NCBI RefSeq assembly: GCF_006345805.1
Contig: NC_043000.1
Location: 116,932,001 to 116,996,000 of the forward strand
Length of the DNA: 64,000 nt
Direction: 5' to 3'
Origin: Octopus sinensis
Lineage: Eukaryota
Shown one piece after another: positions 62,114 to 64,000 of this stretch. Position 1 is the stretch's first letter. Every line of letters starts with the position of its first letter. The notes under the pieces are model-generated. The model did not search any database, had not been told where the DNA came from, and saw only the letters and a list, made by a program, of their open reading frames with translations. Made by a program: the position numbers and the translations under genes.

Positions 62114-62322
62114 CCTACAAGGGGCTAAACACAGAGGGACAAACAAGGACAGGCAAGCGGATTAAGTTCATTACATCGATCCCAGGGCGAAACTGGTACT
62201 TTATTTATCGACCCCGAAAGGATGAAAGGCAAAGTCGACCTCGGCGGAATTTGAACTCAGAACGTAACGGCAGACGAAATACAGCCCAGCATTTCGCCCG
62301 GCGTGCTAACGATTCTACCAGC
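62112..62322 (-). mobile_element. SINE family A
   Basis: Reverse-complement match. Confidence 0.85.
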
Positions 62323-62354
<32 letters not shown>

Positions 62355-62462
62355 TGTATGTATGCATGTATGTATGTATGCATGTATGCATGTATGTATG
62401 CATGTATGTATGTATGTATGTATGTATGTATGTATACACACAAATACACACACACATATATA

Positions 62463-62920
62463 CGGGAGAACCTCGCAGTACGAGTGCACCATTGTACGAG
62501 TTATTTGCTGTACGAGCTGAGACTCGAATGAATTTTGGTCATACAAGCGACTGCTAGTCGGTACCGAGCTCGTACGCGCTCTCCCAACAAGCACAGCTTC
62601 CGCTTGCTCAGATCACGTGTTTATCTCGTTGTCGTAGCATCCCTATTGTGTTTTTCCCAGTGTTTTTCTTTTTTAGTTTTGTGCGTTTTTTTTGTTGTTA
62701 TTTTATAATAATAAGTTGTGTTGACCATGAGCCCTAAGAAGGTTAGTGCGAAGGACAGTGCTGAGAAGAAGAAAAAGCTGGTTACCATAGAATTCAAGAA
62801 TGAAATCGTTGATAAACATGGAAGAGGAGTGCATGTATTATGCTTTTATAATCGTAATTTTCCTTGTAAAACGCCATAAATTATTTTGTGTGATTTTGCG
62901 GGGCTGGAACGGATAAATTA
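62463..62920 (+). mobile_element. Internally deleted Tigger/pogo-like DNA transposon
   Basis: TA|cgggagaacctcgcagtacg start. ORF from 62727 MSPKKVSAKDSAEKKKKLVTIEFKNEIVDKHGRGVHV resembles the CENP-B-type HTH N-terminus. Confidence 0.7.
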
Positions 62921-62939
62921 CTGCTAATAATAAGCCACT

Positions 62940-64000
62940 GCTTTCTTCCCCCATATCGCCATCTCAATCCTACTGTCAGAACCCCTAAAATATGACGTTA
63001 TTCACTACGTCACAGGCTCTGCACACGCAGTGACTGCATTTTCACACATTTATCTGATACCAGACACATGATGCAGACAAACACTACCACAGAAGGCCAA
63101 AGAACGTATCGCACAATAGCATCAACGGCAAACCACCAAGTAGTAAATTGACTGTTAAAACACGCATAAGTCGGAATCCCAAAATCTACGGGTGTTCCAA
63201 CTGCGAGAAACTATGTCTGCTTGCATGACTGTCCCTTCACTCATCTTTCAGGGACCCGACGCACTAATAGAAACGGGGCTCCAAGCTAACACACAATCCA
63301 CAGTAAAAACACCCCCTGCTGCTGTAATGCTGGTCCAGTCTTTTCACAAAGACACAAAAACATCATCAAAAGTCACAGCAAAAGCGGAAACGACAACCCT
63401 ATCCAACAATGCAACCACACCTCTAGTCAAAAGCTGCTCCCCTAACAAGAAAATTCTTTTTTTAGACATGTTGAGCCTTGCAAAAGAGATACAAATACCT
63501 TTTAGCCCTCACTCAACACCATCCTTTGCTATGACCTCAGTTCACTCCCATATTGCTGTCACTAACACAATCACAAAAAAGCCCCCTACAACAGTAAAAA
63601 CCTGCCACTACGCTAGCCTCCACATTTCTACACAATGCAGAAGGTATCGGCCTTTCCATCAATGTACATAAATGGAATATCCAATTCATTGAGGATTGGG
63701 TTGGTAACCATCTGCACCACATCCCTTTCTTCATTCATACTGAGATCCACCTTGGCAACTTTCACTTGGAAGCCAACGAGGAGAAAGTGAGGAATTACAC
63801 AACCATCCACCCTAATCGTGTCGACAGAAAAATGGGTGGAATTGCCATTTTTCTGCATGATTATTTTACGGCAGAGGCCACTGTGAATCAGTCACCGTGC
63901 ACAACAAACCCAATAACCTGATAGTAGTTGGGCTCTATAGGCTATCAAACACCCATACTATGTTTTAAGGAATGCCTCAACAGTATCAAGCGTTTATTCA
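62940..64000 (+). mobile_element. Degenerate LINE (APE endonuclease N-terminus, CR1/L2/Jockey-like), running off the window
   Basis: FIHTEIHL...VRNYTTIHPNRVDRKMGGIAIFLHD resembles APE motifs (xTETHL, DRxxRxGGGVAIF). Frameshifted. Confidence 0.6.

Overview
This is AT-rich, microsatellite-dense animal genomic DNA. The tRNA-derived SINE families and repeat landscape suggest an octopus (inference, not verified). Only one convincing host gene is visible: a 106-aa secreted neuropeptide precursor on the minus strand (16537-16857). It has a signal peptide, an RKR site and a 35-aa amidated C-terminal peptide resembling the ELH/CRF-DH44 family, and its coding exon is preceded by a splice acceptor. Most of the rest is transposable-element debris: three SINE families, Tc1, mariner, Tigger and hAT elements, a Dong/R4-type LINE, ORF1-only L1/Tx1-like pieces, short non-autonomous Helitrons (including a 5-unit tandem array) and MITEs. 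The most unusual signal is a set of minimal type I hammerhead-ribozyme-like motifs from several unrelated repeat families. They have short stems III (self-complementary in several) and compensatory changes at the core 3-8 pair (C-G, G-C, U-A). Three occur as divergent head-to-head palindromes next to (AT)n tracts, and one lies downstream of a tRNA-like Pol III promoter. Nearly all ORFs in the supplied track are microsatellite or SINE artefacts. All structures were found by eye and none was tested computationally.
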